A stretch of DNA of 64,000 nucleotides from an uncultured Clostridia bacterium (GCA_944362765.1 CALVTP010000003.1:1711-65710); one strand, 5' to 3'. Counted from the first letter of the stretch, positions 1-10,209 are shown. The notes: generated by a model from the sequence alone, not told the origin. A program made the numbers and translations.

Positions 1-1626
1 CGACAGCAGGAGTCGGTTTCCGCGAGGAAGGGACTCGGCAAGGCGGGCTATTGGATTCTTTTGGGTTTCGGAGTGCTGGCTATTTTGGTTTTCGAATTCA
101 GCCTTGCGGCGCAGCTTGCCGTCGCCGCCGTAGCCGCGAATGCCGTTGAAAGCACCCTTTACGTACTTATCGGGATCACCCAATTGATAGTAATGTTCTT
201 CGGGATATTGACGACGATGGGGTACCTGTATTTTTCTAAGGATCAGAAACTTTTAAGCACTCTTCCCTTCGAAAAAGGAGTCGTCTTTGCGGTCAAGACT
301 ACCGAGGCGTATCTGGGAGAACTTCTCATCAATTGCGTGGTGTTTATTCCCGTAACCGTTTCTTACGGCATAATCGCGGAAGTATCGGGATATAGCCTTC
401 CCTGGACGTATTATCCCGTGGCGGTGCTTGCATCGTTGATGACTCCCGCCGTACCGATGCTCGTGATAACGCTTATTTCTCTTCCGGTAATGCGGCTTGC
501 CGCTTTGTTACGGAAAAGGCGGGTCGGTAACGGCGTGGCGCTGGCGCTTTTGTATTTGATTTTTATGGCGGCGTACTTTGCGCTGATCGGCGTCAACGGT
601 TCGGGCGACGGCATACAATTGGGCGCTAACGCTCTGGAAACATTCGACGGTATCAAAAAAGCCACGATTTTCAATTATCCGATCGTCAATGCCATGCTCG
701 GAAACAACGGCTTTGCGAACTTTTTCATATACCTTGCCGGAATCATAGTGCTTCTTGCGATAAGCGTCGCCATTTCTATGCTCTTTTACAACAAAATACT
801 CCGAGCGGGGGAAGAGTCGGGAGGCGAGGTCAAAAAGAAGACGAGTGCGAGTACCGCTCCGCGTTCCGTAGTCGGCAGTTTCTTTTTGAAGGAGTTCAAA
901 TCGCTTATAGCCACGCCGACCCTTTTGATGAACGTCATTTTAAGCGTCTTAATGCCGGTTTTGATGATGTTTTTCGTCAAGTTTGCCTTCTCCGATATTT
1001 CCACGGACGAAGAACCCGTGCCCTGGCTTATCGGAAATCTGGATATGTTTTCGATCGGCATGGTGACTTTTATGGCTGAAGTTATGAGTTCGTCTGCGGG
1101 CGGCGTCACTTCGGTAGGGTTTTCGCTGGAAGGTAAGAACTTATTGTTTTTGAAGTCGCTGCCGCTCTCGGCAAAACAGATAGTCAACATAAAACTTGCG
1201 TTTTCGCTGTGCATAACGGCTCTTCAGGTCGTTCTGGTAGCGATATCCTTCCCGCTTATCATGGGTGTTCATAACGCAATAGCCATAGTAGGTATAATTT
1301 TGACGGTGGCGCTGATGGGAATCTTTGCTAACAGTATGCTGTTATATTCCGATCTCAAAAATCCGAATTACACCTGGAACAACATCAGCGAAATCACTAA
1401 GAACAACAAGCGCATCATGAAGCCGATGCTGATATTCATGGCGTTTTCGTTTGTCTATCTGGTGCTTGCGATAATTCTCGGAATCGCGGGAAAGAGCCTC
1501 GGAGAAGACGCGGCTCTTGCAATCTATTACGGTTCCGCCGTAGCAATACTTGCGGTTGCGGCATGGCTTCAGTTCAGAAAGCTCCACGAACGCCCGGAGT
1601 ACTACTTTGACGCGATAGGAGGTTAA
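1..1626 (+). CDS. Putative ABC transporter permease (multi-pass membrane protein), probably 5'-truncated by the window edge
   Basis: ORF 61..1626 has many hydrophobic segments in two blocks. The frame is open back to position 1. Motifs 'GYLYFSKDQKLLSTLP' and 'FSLEGKNLLFLKSLP' are typical of ABC-2-like permeases. Confidence 0.65.
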   Translation, partial: RQQESVSARKGLGKAGYWILLGFGVLAILVFEFSLAAQLAVAAVAANAVESTLYVLIGITQLIVMFFGILTTMGYLYFSKDQKLLSTLPFEKGVVFAVKTTEAYLGELLINCVVFIPVTVSYGIIAEVSGYSLPWTYYPVAVLASLMTPAVPMLVITLISLPVMRLAALLRKRRVGNGVALALLYLIFMAAYFALIGVNGSGDGIQLGANALETFDGIKKATIFNYPIVNAMLGNNGFANFFIYLAGIIVLLAISVAISMLFYNKILRAGEESGGEVKKKTSASTAPRSVVGSFFLKEFKSLIATPTLLMNVILSVLMPVLMMFFVKFAFSDISTDEEPVPWLIGNLDMFSIGMVTFMAEVMSSSAGGVTSVGFSLEGKNLLFLKSLPLSAKQIVNIKLAFSLCITALQVVLVAISFPLIMGVHNAIAIVGIILTVALMGIFANSMLLYSDLKNPNYTWNNISEITKNNKRIMKPMLIFMAFSFVYLVLAIILGIAGKSLGEDAALAIYYGSAVAILAVAAWLQFRKLHERPEYYFDAIGG

Positions 1627-1633
1627 AACCGGC

Positions 1634-2050
1634 ATGCGGAAACTTGCTTTGGATGTAGGGGACGTAAGGATAGGATTGGCGCTTTCGGATATCACTTCAC
1701 TGATAGCCTCGGGGTACGAGACTTATGTAAGAAAGGGCGTTCCCGCCGACTACGAATATATCCGTGATTTTATCAAAAAAAATGCCGTTGACGGCGTTGT
1801 CATAGGGCTTCCCGTCAATATGGACGGTTCGGAAGGAGCAAGAGTGGAAATAACCCGCGCTTTCGGTGAGGAATTAAAGGAATTTATTCCGGAAATTCCC
1901 GTAAGCTATCTCGATGAACGGCTGACTACCGTACAGGCGGAAAGGATGCTTATCGACGGCGGAGTGCGCCGCGAAAAACGTAAAAAGGTCATAGATAAAG
2001 TCGCTGCGACACTGATACTTCAGGCTTATCTCGATCGCGGCTGCAAATAA
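1634..2050 (+). CDS. ruvX: Holliday junction resolvase-like / pre-16S rRNA nuclease YqgF
   Basis: Motifs LALDVGDVRIGLA, GLPVNMDG, DERLTT, IDKVAATLILQAYLD. Confidence 0.95.
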   Translation: MRKLALDVGDVRIGLALSDITSLIASGYETYVRKGVPADYEYIRDFIKKNAVDGVVIGLPVNMDGSEGARVEITRAFGEELKEFIPEIPVSYLDERLTTVQAERMLIDGGVRREKRKKVIDKVAATLILQAYLDRGCK

Positions 2051-2062
2051 AAGGAGAAAAAT

Positions 2063-2461
2063 ATGTCAATAACCGACGACAAGAACAAGGATCTGTTTTT
2101 GGATGAGGACGAGGAGGTCATCGTTCTGAAAAACGAGGAAACCGGCGAAGAGGTTGAATTTACTCTCGTGGCGATGTTGGAAGACGAGGATTCCGGCAAA
2201 GTCTACGCCTATCTGGAGCCGAATCAACCCGTCGAAGGCTTCGAAGAGGGAGATCTTCTCATAAACGAAGTCGTTTTCGACGAAGACGGCAACGAAAGCT
2301 ATCTTCCGATAGAGTCGGAAGAGGAGCTGGACAGGGCGTTCAAGCTTTTTGACGACGACTACTACGAAACCTTCGGCATGCATTGCGACGGTTCCGACGG
2401 AGAGGACGATGAAGAAGACGACGAAGAGGAAGACGACGAGGGCGACGAGGAAGAGGAGTAA
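2063..2461 (+). CDS. DUF1292-family acidic protein
   Basis: Follows ruvX as usual in Firmicutes. AAGGAG RBS; 'IVLKNEETGEEVEF...YLPIESEEELDRAFKLF'; poly-D/E tail. Confidence 0.75.
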   Translation: MSITDDKNKDLFLDEDEEVIVLKNEETGEEVEFTLVAMLEDEDSGKVYAYLEPNQPVEGFEEGDLLINEVVFDEDGNESYLPIESEEELDRAFKLFDDDYYETFGMHCDGSDGEDDEEDDEEEDDEGDEEEE

Positions 2462-3119
2462 AATACTTCTGACCTCGATTTTGCTTTTGACGTGCTTACT
2501 TGCCGCCCCGGTAATTTCGGGCGGTTGCGTCGACGAAGACGAACGCGAAACAGTGAGTGAGGAAAACGACATGAATAATTACCCTACGGCCAATATGAAG
2601 ATTCTCTCACAGACGGGGGAGGAACTGACCGTAAAAATCGAACTTTACCCCGACAAGGCGCCGAAGACGGTTGAAAATTTTATACGTCTTGCGAACTCCG
2701 GATTCTATGACGGAATGCATTTTCACAGGATAGTCCCCGGCGGCTGTTTACAGGGCGGAGGTTATAAATTCATTCAGACCGATTCGGGCTTGTCTATTGA
2801 TGAATCCGTAGGAAAAGTTGCGCCGATAGAAGGCGAATTTGCGTCGAACGGGCACCCGGAAAACGATTTAAGGCATACCAAAGGCACAATTTCGATGGCA
2901 AGAACGAGCGACCCGAATTCGGCGACTTCGCAATTTTTCCTTTGTGTGGGGGATTATCCGAGCTGGGACAGCGAATACGCCGCCTTCGGTATGGCAAAGG
3001 ACGAGGAAAGTCTTTTGGCGCTCGACAAACTGGCTTCGTCGAGGTATGTTTTCGCGGGTTACGCCTTTCAGACGCTGCCGTATCCGCTTATTAAAATCGT
3101 TTCGGTTACGGTAGAGTGA
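2409..3119 (+). CDS. Cyclophilin-type peptidyl-prolyl isomerase, probable lipoprotein
   Basis: Motifs ELYPDKAPKTVENF, FYDGMHFHRI, HTKGTISMAR, SATSQFF. Start moved to ATG 2409 (GGAG at 2399-2402), which gives a basic n-region, an h-region and ISGGC. Confidence 0.85.
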   Translation: MKKTTKRKTTRATRKRSKILLTSILLLTCLLAAPVISGGCVDEDERETVSEENDMNNYPTANMKILSQTGEELTVKIELYPDKAPKTVENFIRLANSGFYDGMHFHRIVPGGCLQGGGYKFIQTDSGLSIDESVGKVAPIEGEFASNGHPENDLRHTKGTISMARTSDPNSATSQFFLCVGDYPSWDSEYAAFGMAKDEESLLALDKLASSRYVFAGYAFQTLPYPLIKIVSVTVE

Positions 3120-3173
3120 TTTTCCTTTGCGGCTTATAATCGCGCCGATTACGGTTTTTTCTAAAATTTGTAC

Positions 3174-3202
3174 TTGAAAACGCGCGCGTATTATGGTAAT
3201 CT
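3174..3202 (+). promoter_or_regulatory. sigmaA promoter (TTGAAA-17-TAATCT, extended TG), 6 nt before ATG 3209
   Basis: Read directly from the sequence; no SD before the ATG. Confidence 0.6.
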
Positions 3203-3208
3203 AAAATT

Positions 3209-4450
3209 ATGAAAAGAGCGGTTAGTACAATTTCGGTAATATTTTCGGCTGTTTTGTTGGCGGCATTGATTGTCGCTTTCGCTCTTTGTTCGACTCCTTC
3301 CCGCGAGGCGCATGCCGAGGAGAAAACTCCGGTCGTCATCCACGTTACCGGTTCCAACGTCTTTACGTACAGGGCAGCTGCCGTAGCAAGGCAGCAGATG
3401 GTTGACCGCCCGTTGAATCTTCCCGACGAATCTACTTTGCGGCTCAATGTCAGCTACACCAACGACGAAACGGGGGTAACGACCGAAGCTAACCCCGTCG
3501 ACGCCGGCATATACAACATGAACTTTTCGCTGACCGAAGTCGACGCCGACGGTTTCCCGATTCCCGGAAGAAACGGCGAGGACGGTACATCTTTGTATTA
3601 TACTCCCGGCGAAATAATTGACGACCGCGTCGAAAACAAGTTTCGGATAGTCATTCAGCCCGCTACTTTAAAGGTATATGCCGACGACGTCAGCATGCCC
3701 GAGGGTGGCGTCGTGCCGGAGCTGACTTACAGGATTGAGGGATTTCTCGGAACCGATACCGTTGAAAACTCGTTGACATCGCTTCCGCGGGTTAACGCTC
3801 CCGCCACTTTGGAAGTGGGACAGCATCAATTGCTTCCCTCGGGCGGTTCGGCAAAAAATTACACCTTTGATTATATTGCCGGCACGCTGACGGTGAATGC
3901 CACATCTGTCGTGGCGTCTCTCCCCGGCTCCGTAGTTAATGTCACCGTGAGCGGAGAGTTTGTGCCGGGTACTCAATACATAATGAATGTTTACGACAAG
4001 GACTCCGAACAGGTGAAAGATCTGAAGGAGCATATCCGTAACTACCGCGTAGCCAATTGGACTTCGCAATTAGAAGCCGTCTATTATTTCGGCGCTGCCG
4101 CCGGCGGTGACGCCACGGACGAACGCACTGCGCTGAAAATCAGCCTCGGCGGGCTTACTCTTCCTACCGATAAGGACTACTTCATAGTTCAGGTAGATTC
4201 TTACGGCGTCGTCACGAAAATAGAAAATTATCAATATTTTGACGGCGTTTTAAGCTTCGAATCATATTCCGCCGACGGCGCGATAATGATTTATTCCGCC
4301 CATCAGAACGAAATAACGGTCACCTTTGTAATTGTTGCCGTCGTGCTGATACTCATTCTGCTTCTTATTGCGGCAAAAGTCAAATACTCGAACGACAGAA
4401 AGGACGCGCAAGACAGAAAGAAGGAGAAGAAACAAAAATTGAAGTGGTAA
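3209..4450 (+). CDS. Membrane-anchored surface protein with an MBG-like domain
   Basis: Signal peptide (AHA-E); 'LKVYADD...PELTYRIEGF...AKNYTFDYIAGTLTV' MBG-type repeat; C-terminal TM helix plus basic tail. Confidence 0.65.
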   Translation: MKRAVSTISVIFSAVLLAALIVAFALCSTPSREAHAEEKTPVVIHVTGSNVFTYRAAAVARQQMVDRPLNLPDESTLRLNVSYTNDETGVTTEANPVDAGIYNMNFSLTEVDADGFPIPGRNGEDGTSLYYTPGEIIDDRVENKFRIVIQPATLKVYADDVSMPEGGVVPELTYRIEGFLGTDTVENSLTSLPRVNAPATLEVGQHQLLPSGGSAKNYTFDYIAGTLTVNATSVVASLPGSVVNVTVSGEFVPGTQYIMNVYDKDSEQVKDLKEHIRNYRVANWTSQLEAVYYFGAAAGGDATDERTALKISLGGLTLPTDKDYFIVQVDSYGVVTKIENYQYFDGVLSFESYSADGAIMIYSAHQNEITVTFVIVAVVLILILLLIAAKVKYSNDRKDAQDRKKEKKQKLKW

Positions 4451-4471
4451 CAAACGTGCTAAAAAAAGTTC

Positions 4472-4499
4472 AAAAGAGCGCCCGGACGGGCGCTCTTTT
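4472..4499. terminator. Bidirectional intrinsic terminator
   Basis: AAAAGAGCGCCCG-GA-CGGGCGCTCTTTT between convergent genes. Confidence 0.85.
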
Positions 4500-4555
4500 C
4501 AAAACAATTCGAGTAACGATAACGGAAAATTAATTCTCGTGCGGCGAATCGGATT

Positions 4556-5869
4556 TTACGAAGCGATCGCTCCGCCGTAAACGTATTGATACATCGTAAC
4601 GTTTGAAGTGCTTTCCGAATAGGTGTAGTAGGTTTGGAAAATGCCCACCGAATGTCTTTCGCGAACTATCAGGTTGAAAGTTACGGTGTCTCCGATACGA
4701 ACCGAATTCAATAAATCTTCCAATTGAAAGGACTCGTTGAAAGTTTTGGTTTCGCCGTTCACGGTGACGCTTTTAATTATATTTCCTGCCATCGCGCCAG
4801 CCTGACCGCTTTTGGCAATAGAGCCGTATGCGCTCATTTCCGAGGCGGAGGAATTGACGTAATAGTAGTACTCGCCTTCATCGGGAGTTGAGGGAATGCT
4901 CGGGAAATTAGCCGAAACCTGCGCCGCGTTCAGCAGTGCAAAAGTCGCCCCGAGTCTGATTTCGCCGTCAATATATCCCAGTCCGCTGTACTCCGGGTTT
5001 CCCGATGTCGAAATAAGGGAGTTGGCATTATATATGACGTCGTAAACGGGAATAGCGTATCCCATACCCTCAATGTTTTCGCCCGAAGATTTGGCGTTTA
5101 CCATGCCGATTAGGTAGCCCTGCGCGTCGAAGAGGGCTCCGCCGGAGTTGCCGCCGTTGACGGCGGCGTCGGTTTGTAAAAGAGTCATCGTTATGCCGTC
5201 CATCGAGACGGACTTGGAAGTACCGGAAATAATGCCCTGCGTTACGGAGATACCCGCTCCCAACGGGTTACCTATGGCGGTAGCCTTCTCTCCCAAGGCT
5301 ATCGGCGCTTCGTCGGTATTTCTGAGTTTTGCGATGTCGTATTCGCCGTCGATTTTCAGTACAGCCACATCGGAAACGTCGTCCATTCCGACCACTTCGG
5401 CGACCTCTTGTCTGTCGTTGGACGGGTCGGTGTCCCCGGTGTTGATTGCCACCAAAACTTCGGTAGCCGAATCTATGACGTGGCAGCACGTGATAATAAG
5501 AGTTGCCTTATTGCCCTCCGAGTCGGTCGCGTCACCGTAGAATACGCCCGCTCCGTTAGAGACCCAATCGGAGTCCGAAGATGTCTTCACATAGACGACG
5601 ACAACGGTGTTGACGACATCGGCAACCATGTCCGAATATTCGGTGTAAACTTCGCTCGGAGTGCCGACTTCGGTAGTTACCGTATAGCTGTTATAAGTAG
5701 TTTTTTCGGAGGAGGGATTTTGCGAGGAAGATATCTTTCCGTCTTCGCCGCCGTTTATCTCGTCGAGGGCGCCGAAGTCGTTGCAGCCGAACAATATTAC
5801 TCCGAGCGACAGTGTCAGTAATAAGACTGTCATTATCAAAAGAGCCTTCTTTGCTGCCGATTTTTCCAT
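4556..5869 (-). CDS. htrA: HtrA/DegP-family serine protease (lipoprotein)
   Basis: Triad motifs ITCCHVI, DVAVLKI, TDAAVNGGNSGGAL; AIGNPLG; lipobox LFGC. Confidence 0.85.
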   Translation of the reverse strand: MEKSAAKKALLIMTVLLLTLSLGVILFGCNDFGALDEINGGEDGKISSSQNPSSEKTTYNSYTVTTEVGTPSEVYTEYSDMVADVVNTVVVVYVKTSSDSDWVSNGAGVFYGDATDSEGNKATLIITCCHVIDSATEVLVAINTGDTDPSNDRQEVAEVVGMDDVSDVAVLKIDGEYDIAKLRNTDEAPIALGEKATAIGNPLGAGISVTQGIISGTSKSVSMDGITMTLLQTDAAVNGGNSGGALFDAQGYLIGMVNAKSSGENIEGMGYAIPVYDVIYNANSLISTSGNPEYSGLGYIDGEIRLGATFALLNAAQVSANFPSIPSTPDEGEYYYYVNSSASEMSAYGSIAKSGQAGAMAGNIIKSVTVNGETKTFNESFQLEDLLNSVRIGDTVTFNLIVRERHSVGIFQTYYTYSESTSNVTMYQYVYGGAIAS

Positions 5870-5978
5870 ACAGACTTACCTCGAAAATTTTCTTACTTTT
5901 ATATTATAGCTCTTTTGTGTCAATATAGTGAATTTTTTTGAAATGTTTATCCATAATGCTTCAATCGATAGTTGTGTT

Positions 5979-5985
5979 TTCGACA
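5979..5985 (-). promoter_or_regulatory. Candidate Spo0A box upstream of the spoIIA operon
   Basis: TTCGACA is TGTCGAA on the minus strand, ~70 bp upstream of spoIIAA, a known Spo0A target operon. A 7-mer can also occur by chance. Confidence 0.5.
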
Positions 5986-6052
5986 AAACATTTTAAAAGC
6001 AAACAAATAATTCATATGGCGATTTGTTAACGTTATTTCATACGGAGGCAAT

Positions 6053-6355
6053 ATGCTTGACTACACTTTGACTTACAGGACATTGACGGTAAAACCCACC
6101 GGGGAAATCGATCATGCCAATGCGCCGGGGTTGAGAATTCAACTCGACAATATTATAAAGACGCAAAAATTCGATTGCTTCGTCTTTGATCTGAGCGAAG
6201 TCGATTTTATGGACTCCACAGCCGTGGGGCTTATCATGGGAAGATATAAAAAGCTTAAGGATATGGGGAAAAAGGTGGCTTTCGGGAAGGCGTCACCCGC
6301 AGCGGATAAAGTACTGAAAGTCAGCGGGCTCTATTCGATAATAAATAAACTTTGA
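6053..6355 (+). CDS. spoIIAA: Anti-sigma F factor antagonist
   Basis: STAS domain (GEIDH, FMDS); first gene of the spoIIA operon. Confidence 0.92.
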   Translation: MLDYTLTYRTLTVKPTGEIDHANAPGLRIQLDNIIKTQKFDCFVFDLSEVDFMDSTAVGLIMGRYKKLKDMGKKVAFGKASPAADKVLKVSGLYSIINKL

Positions 6356-6363
6356 GGAGCGAT

Positions 6364-6783
6364 ATGGATACATTAACTATAAAGGTCAACGCTTTGGAAG
6401 CAAACGAAAGTTTTTTAAGAAGCGCCGTCGGCGCTTACGCCTCCAGAATGAACCCCACTTTGGAGATAGTCTCCGATATCAAGACGGCTGTCTCGGAGGC
6501 TGTTACCAACGCCATAGTTCATGGCTACCGCATGGATCCGAAGGGGATAATCACCGTAAATTGCGAAATAGCGGAGGGAATGCTGACGGTTGAGGTGAAC
6601 GATTCGGGAGAGGGGATCGCCGATGTTGAGGAAGCCATGCGCGATTTTTTCACGACAAAAGCGCACGAGGAAAGGAGCGGTCTCGGGTTCACAATCATGA
6701 AAAGTTTCATGGATAAGCTGGAAGTTTATTCCGAACCCGGAGAAGGCACCACCGTCAAAATGGAAAAGAAGCTCTATGCCTGA
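6364..6783 (+). CDS. spoIIAB: Anti-sigma F factor
   Basis: Motifs DIKTAVSEAVTNAIVHGY and ERSGLGFTIMKSFMD. ATG 6364 follows GAGGAG. Confidence 0.95.
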   Translation: MDTLTIKVNALEANESFLRSAVGAYASRMNPTLEIVSDIKTAVSEAVTNAIVHGYRMDPKGIITVNCEIAEGMLTVEVNDSGEGIADVEEAMRDFFTTKAHEERSGLGFTIMKSFMDKLEVYSEPGEGTTVKMEKKLYA

Positions 6784-7492
6784 GATTCCCGCGGACGAAG
6801 TCCGGGAAAAATTAAGACGCGCCGTAGCAGGCGACAAGCAGGCGAAAGCCGAACTTGTCGAGGAAAACATGCCTCTTATCAAGAGCGTCGTCAGGCGCTA
6901 CAAAAATTCTTTGACGGAATACGAAGACCTTGTACAACTCGGCACTTTGGGGCTGATAAAGGCTATAAACAATTTCGATTTAAGTTATTCAGTTAAATTT
7001 TCCACCTATGCGGTACCGATGATAGCAGGGGAAATAAAGCGCTTCATGCGTGACAACGGCGCAATAAAAGTAAGTCGTTCCGTCAAAGCGCGCGCACATG
7101 AGATGAATAAGTTTATCGATTGCTTCCTTGCCGAAAACCGCCGCTCTCCGACGATAAAGGAACTGGCGGAAAAATTTTCGTTGGAACCTGCCGAAGTGAG
7201 CTTCGTTCTGGAATCTGCAAGATGCCCGGTTTCGATGGACGCGGAAACCGACGACGATCTTTCCGTCGGCGACAGAATCGCAGATCCCGGCGACTTCAAC
7301 GACACCCTCGACAAAATGCTTTTAAAAGAGGCTATAATGAAACTGAATGAAAGGGATAAAAAAATTATTATTTTAAGATATTTTAGAGATAAAACGCAAA
7401 GTGAAGTAGCGGAGGAGTTGGGCGTTAGTCAGGTACAGATTTCAAGGCTTGAAAGTAAAATATTGTCGGAGTTCCGAAAAGAATTGAAATAG
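6776..7492 (+). CDS. sigF: Sporulation sigma factor F
   Basis: Motifs FSTYAVPMIAGEIKRFMRD and TQSEVAEELGVSQVQISRLE; operon position. Confidence 0.93.
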   Translation: MPEIPADEVREKLRRAVAGDKQAKAELVEENMPLIKSVVRRYKNSLTEYEDLVQLGTLGLIKAINNFDLSYSVKFSTYAVPMIAGEIKRFMRDNGAIKVSRSVKARAHEMNKFIDCFLAENRRSPTIKELAEKFSLEPAEVSFVLESARCPVSMDAETDDDLSVGDRIADPGDFNDTLDKMLLKEAIMKLNERDKKIIILRYFRDKTQSEVAEELGVSQVQISRLESKILSEFRKELK

Positions 7493-7596
7493 ACCGGTTA
7501 AAAGGCGCTTTCGGGCGCACAATACCGGTATGAGGAAAATACCCAAAATCAAAACTGAAATATACTCTCCCGAGATTGCCGACAAGGAGTTCAAGG

Positions 7597-8052
7597 ATGA
7601 ACGCTCCCGATAAGGAATACCTTGCGCTAGTGAGGGAGAAAATGCCGAAATCCAAGCACCTGACGACTGTTTTCAGGGCTTTTTGGACGGGCGGCGTCAT
7701 TTGTTGTATCGGCGAAGCGCTGAACGTCGCTTATTCAAGTGTTCCCGGCGATTTTTCGTCGGACGACGTTGCGGCGCTTACGACAATAACGCTGATTTTG
7801 ATGACGGCGATATTGACGGGCTTCGGAATCTACGACAAAATAGGGGCGTATGCGGGCGGAGGCAGCATAGTGCCCATCACGGGTTTTGCCAATTCCGTAG
7901 TTTCTTCGGCGATTGAACATAAACGCGAAGGAGTCGTCCTCGGATTATGTTCGAACATGTTTCAGGTCGCGGGGCCCGTCATCGTCTTCGGAATATCCTC
8001 TTCCGTAGTTGTGGGGATAATAGTGCTTATTTTTAAGGGAGCGTTCGCGTGA
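7597..8052 (+). CDS. spoVAC: Stage V sporulation protein AC
   Basis: AFWTGGVICCIG, GSIVPITGFANS, AGPVIVFG; AAGGAG RBS. Confidence 0.93.
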   Translation: MNAPDKEYLALVREKMPKSKHLTTVFRAFWTGGVICCIGEALNVAYSSVPGDFSSDDVAALTTITLILMTAILTGFGIYDKIGAYAGGGSIVPITGFANSVVSSAIEHKREGVVLGLCSNMFQVAGPVIVFGISSSVVVGIIVLIFKGAFA

Positions 8053-9050
8053 AAAGAGGATCGACTGTAAATTTTGACGGAGTCTATGTCGAAAATACGG
8101 CGTCCGTCGTCGGACCGAAGGAGGCGGAAGGTCCTCTCGGGAAGTACTTCGATAAGCAGGTAAAGGACGATCTGTTGGGTCAAAAAAGCCATGAGCTTGC
8201 CGAAATCCGCTTTCATATCACTGCAATCCGATATCTGATGAACAAGTCGAGGCGGAAGGAGGAAGACGTCGATTTATGTATAGCGGGCGACCTTCTGGAT
8301 GAGATCACCGGCGCCAGCCTTACGATGCGCGAATTCGACGTTCCGTTTTTAGGCGCCTATAACGCCTGTGCCACGTTTGCGGAAAGCCTGATTACAGCGG
8401 CGCTTTTTATTTCTTCCGGAAAATTTAAAAGGATAATTTCTTCTACTTCGAGCCACTTTTCGACGGCGGAAAGGCAGTATCGCTTCCCGTTGGAGCTCGG
8501 AAACCAGCGTACGCCGCTCGCGCAATGGACGGTGACGGCAGCAGGCGCGGTGATGCTGTCGGATATTCCTTCGAAAGTCGCCGTTAAAAGAGCTACTGTC
8601 GGCAAAGTCGTAGATTTTGGGGTCACGGACGGTAACGATATGGGCGCGTGCATGGCTCCCGCAGCGGCGGACACGATAGTCAGACATTTTTCGGAGAGCG
8701 GTTTAAAACCGGATTATTACGACTTGATCGCAACGGGCGACCTGGGGACGGCGGGCTCGGAATTGATGAAGGTCTTAGCCGAAAAGCGGGGAATAAAGCT
8801 CGGAAGTAACTATAACGATTGCGGAGCAATGATTTTCAACAGAGTCTGGCAGGACGTCGGGCAGGGCGGTTCGGGAGCCGCTTGCTCGTCTTCTGTTTTC
8901 AGCGGATATATTTACAAAAAGATGCTTTTGGGGGACTTTAAAAGGGTGCTTTTGGTACCCACCGGGGCGCTTTGTTCCAAAACAAGTATCCTCCAAGGGG
9001 AAAGTATCCCGGGGATTGCCCACGCGGTGGCATTCGAGGTGGTAAAATGA
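8049..9050 (+). CDS. spoVAD: Stage V sporulation protein AD
   Basis: VVGPKEAEGPLG, SSHFSTAERQYRFPLE, ESIPGIAHAV. Confidence 0.95.
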   Translation: MKRGSTVNFDGVYVENTASVVGPKEAEGPLGKYFDKQVKDDLLGQKSHELAEIRFHITAIRYLMNKSRRKEEDVDLCIAGDLLDEITGASLTMREFDVPFLGAYNACATFAESLITAALFISSGKFKRIISSTSSHFSTAERQYRFPLELGNQRTPLAQWTVTAAGAVMLSDIPSKVAVKRATVGKVVDFGVTDGNDMGACMAPAAADTIVRHFSESGLKPDYYDLIATGDLGTAGSELMKVLAEKRGIKLGSNYNDCGAMIFNRVWQDVGQGGSGAACSSSVFSGYIYKKMLLGDFKRVLLVPTGALCSKTSILQGESIPGIAHAVAFEVVK

Positions 9051-9409
9051 TTTGGCTTGACTTTTTAAAGGCGTTTTTGGTGGGCGGAGCATTCTGCGTC
9101 GTCGGACAAATCCTTATAAATACGACGAAAATGACTTCGGCACGCATTCTGGTGGGCTTTTTATTGGCGGGAGTGGTGTTGGAGTGCGTCGGCGTGTACG
9201 ACTATATCCGTGACTTCGGCGGAGCGGGAGCGAGCGTTCCGATAATCGGGTTCGGCTCGTCTCTTGCGAAGGGAGCAATAGAAGGCGCTCTTGAAAACGG
9301 CATTCTCGGAGCGGTAGCGGGAGGTATCGAAGCGGCTGCGCCGGGTATAGCCGCAGTCATTTTTATCGCGTTTGTGGTCGGATTGGTGGCTACTCCGAAG
9401 ACAAAATAG
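9047..9409 (+). CDS. spoVAE: Stage V sporulation protein AE
   Basis: FLKAFLVGGAFCVVGQILI and GAGASVPIIGFG; ATGA overlap with spoVAD. Confidence 0.92.
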   Translation: MIWLDFLKAFLVGGAFCVVGQILINTTKMTSARILVGFLLAGVVLECVGVYDYIRDFGGAGASVPIIGFGSSLAKGAIEGALENGILGAVAGGIEAAAPGIAAVIFIAFVVGLVATPKTK

Positions 9410-9600
9410 CTTAATCTCGTGATATAGCTAACCTTCAATTAAATTATCGCATAAAAAACAATTCTTCTTTCAAGGACTAAGCGTCTCGGGAGCCGCTAAA
9501 ACAGCTTTAATCCGAAAAATTTTTGCAGTAACACCGATATGTTTGACAAAATTCTCTTTTAGGAATATCATTTTATCATAAATTTCCCGGGAGTGTAAAA

Positions 9601-10209
9601 TTGTCCGCAAGAACCACTAAATCAAAAGACATCGCTTTTATCGGCATATTTTCGGCGCTTGTGGTAGTGCTCCAACTGCTTGCGGAACTTACAAAGGCGT
9701 TGGGGCTTCCGTTGTCGATAGCTTTGGGGCTTATTCCCGTATTGGTGTCGGCGATGCTCGGCGGAATAAAGTCGGGAGCCGTAGTCGGAGGCGTATTCGG
9801 GCTGGTTTCGCTGGTTTTGTCGGCAATTTTGGCGTCATCGATGCCGAATTCGACGGCGACGGTCATAGTAAACCCGTTGGTGTCGCTGCTGCCGAGGATA
9901 TTGGTCGGAGTGGTTACGGCGTTGGTTTACGGCGCTTTGACCAAGAAAAAGGAGCTTTCAAAGCGGAAAAAGTTCACTTTTGCGGCAATTTCGGGTCTTA
10001 CGGGAGTGCTGACAAACACCGTTTTATTCCTTTCGATGTTTCTTTTGTTTTCCTATGGGAAGGTTTACGAGGACGCCACTATAGATTTTACGTGGGTAAT
10101 AACCGCGGTGGTTGCGGTCAATACATTGATTGAGGTCGTGGCGTTTCCGTTGATATCCGCGGGAGTGGTTCTTGGGGTAGAGGCTTACAGGAGAAGAGGA
10201 GGCGAGTGA
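9601..10209 (+). CDS. ECF transporter S component (PanT-like)
   Basis: About 6 TM helices; NPLVSLLPRILVG and LTNTVLFL motifs; TTGACA-17-TATCAT promoter upstream. Confidence 0.8.
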   Translation: MSARTTKSKDIAFIGIFSALVVVLQLLAELTKALGLPLSIALGLIPVLVSAMLGGIKSGAVVGGVFGLVSLVLSAILASSMPNSTATVIVNPLVSLLPRILVGVVTALVYGALTKKKELSKRKKFTFAAISGLTGVLTNTVLFLSMFLLFSYGKVYEDATIDFTWVITAVVAVNTLIEVVAFPLISAGVVLGVEAYRRRGGE

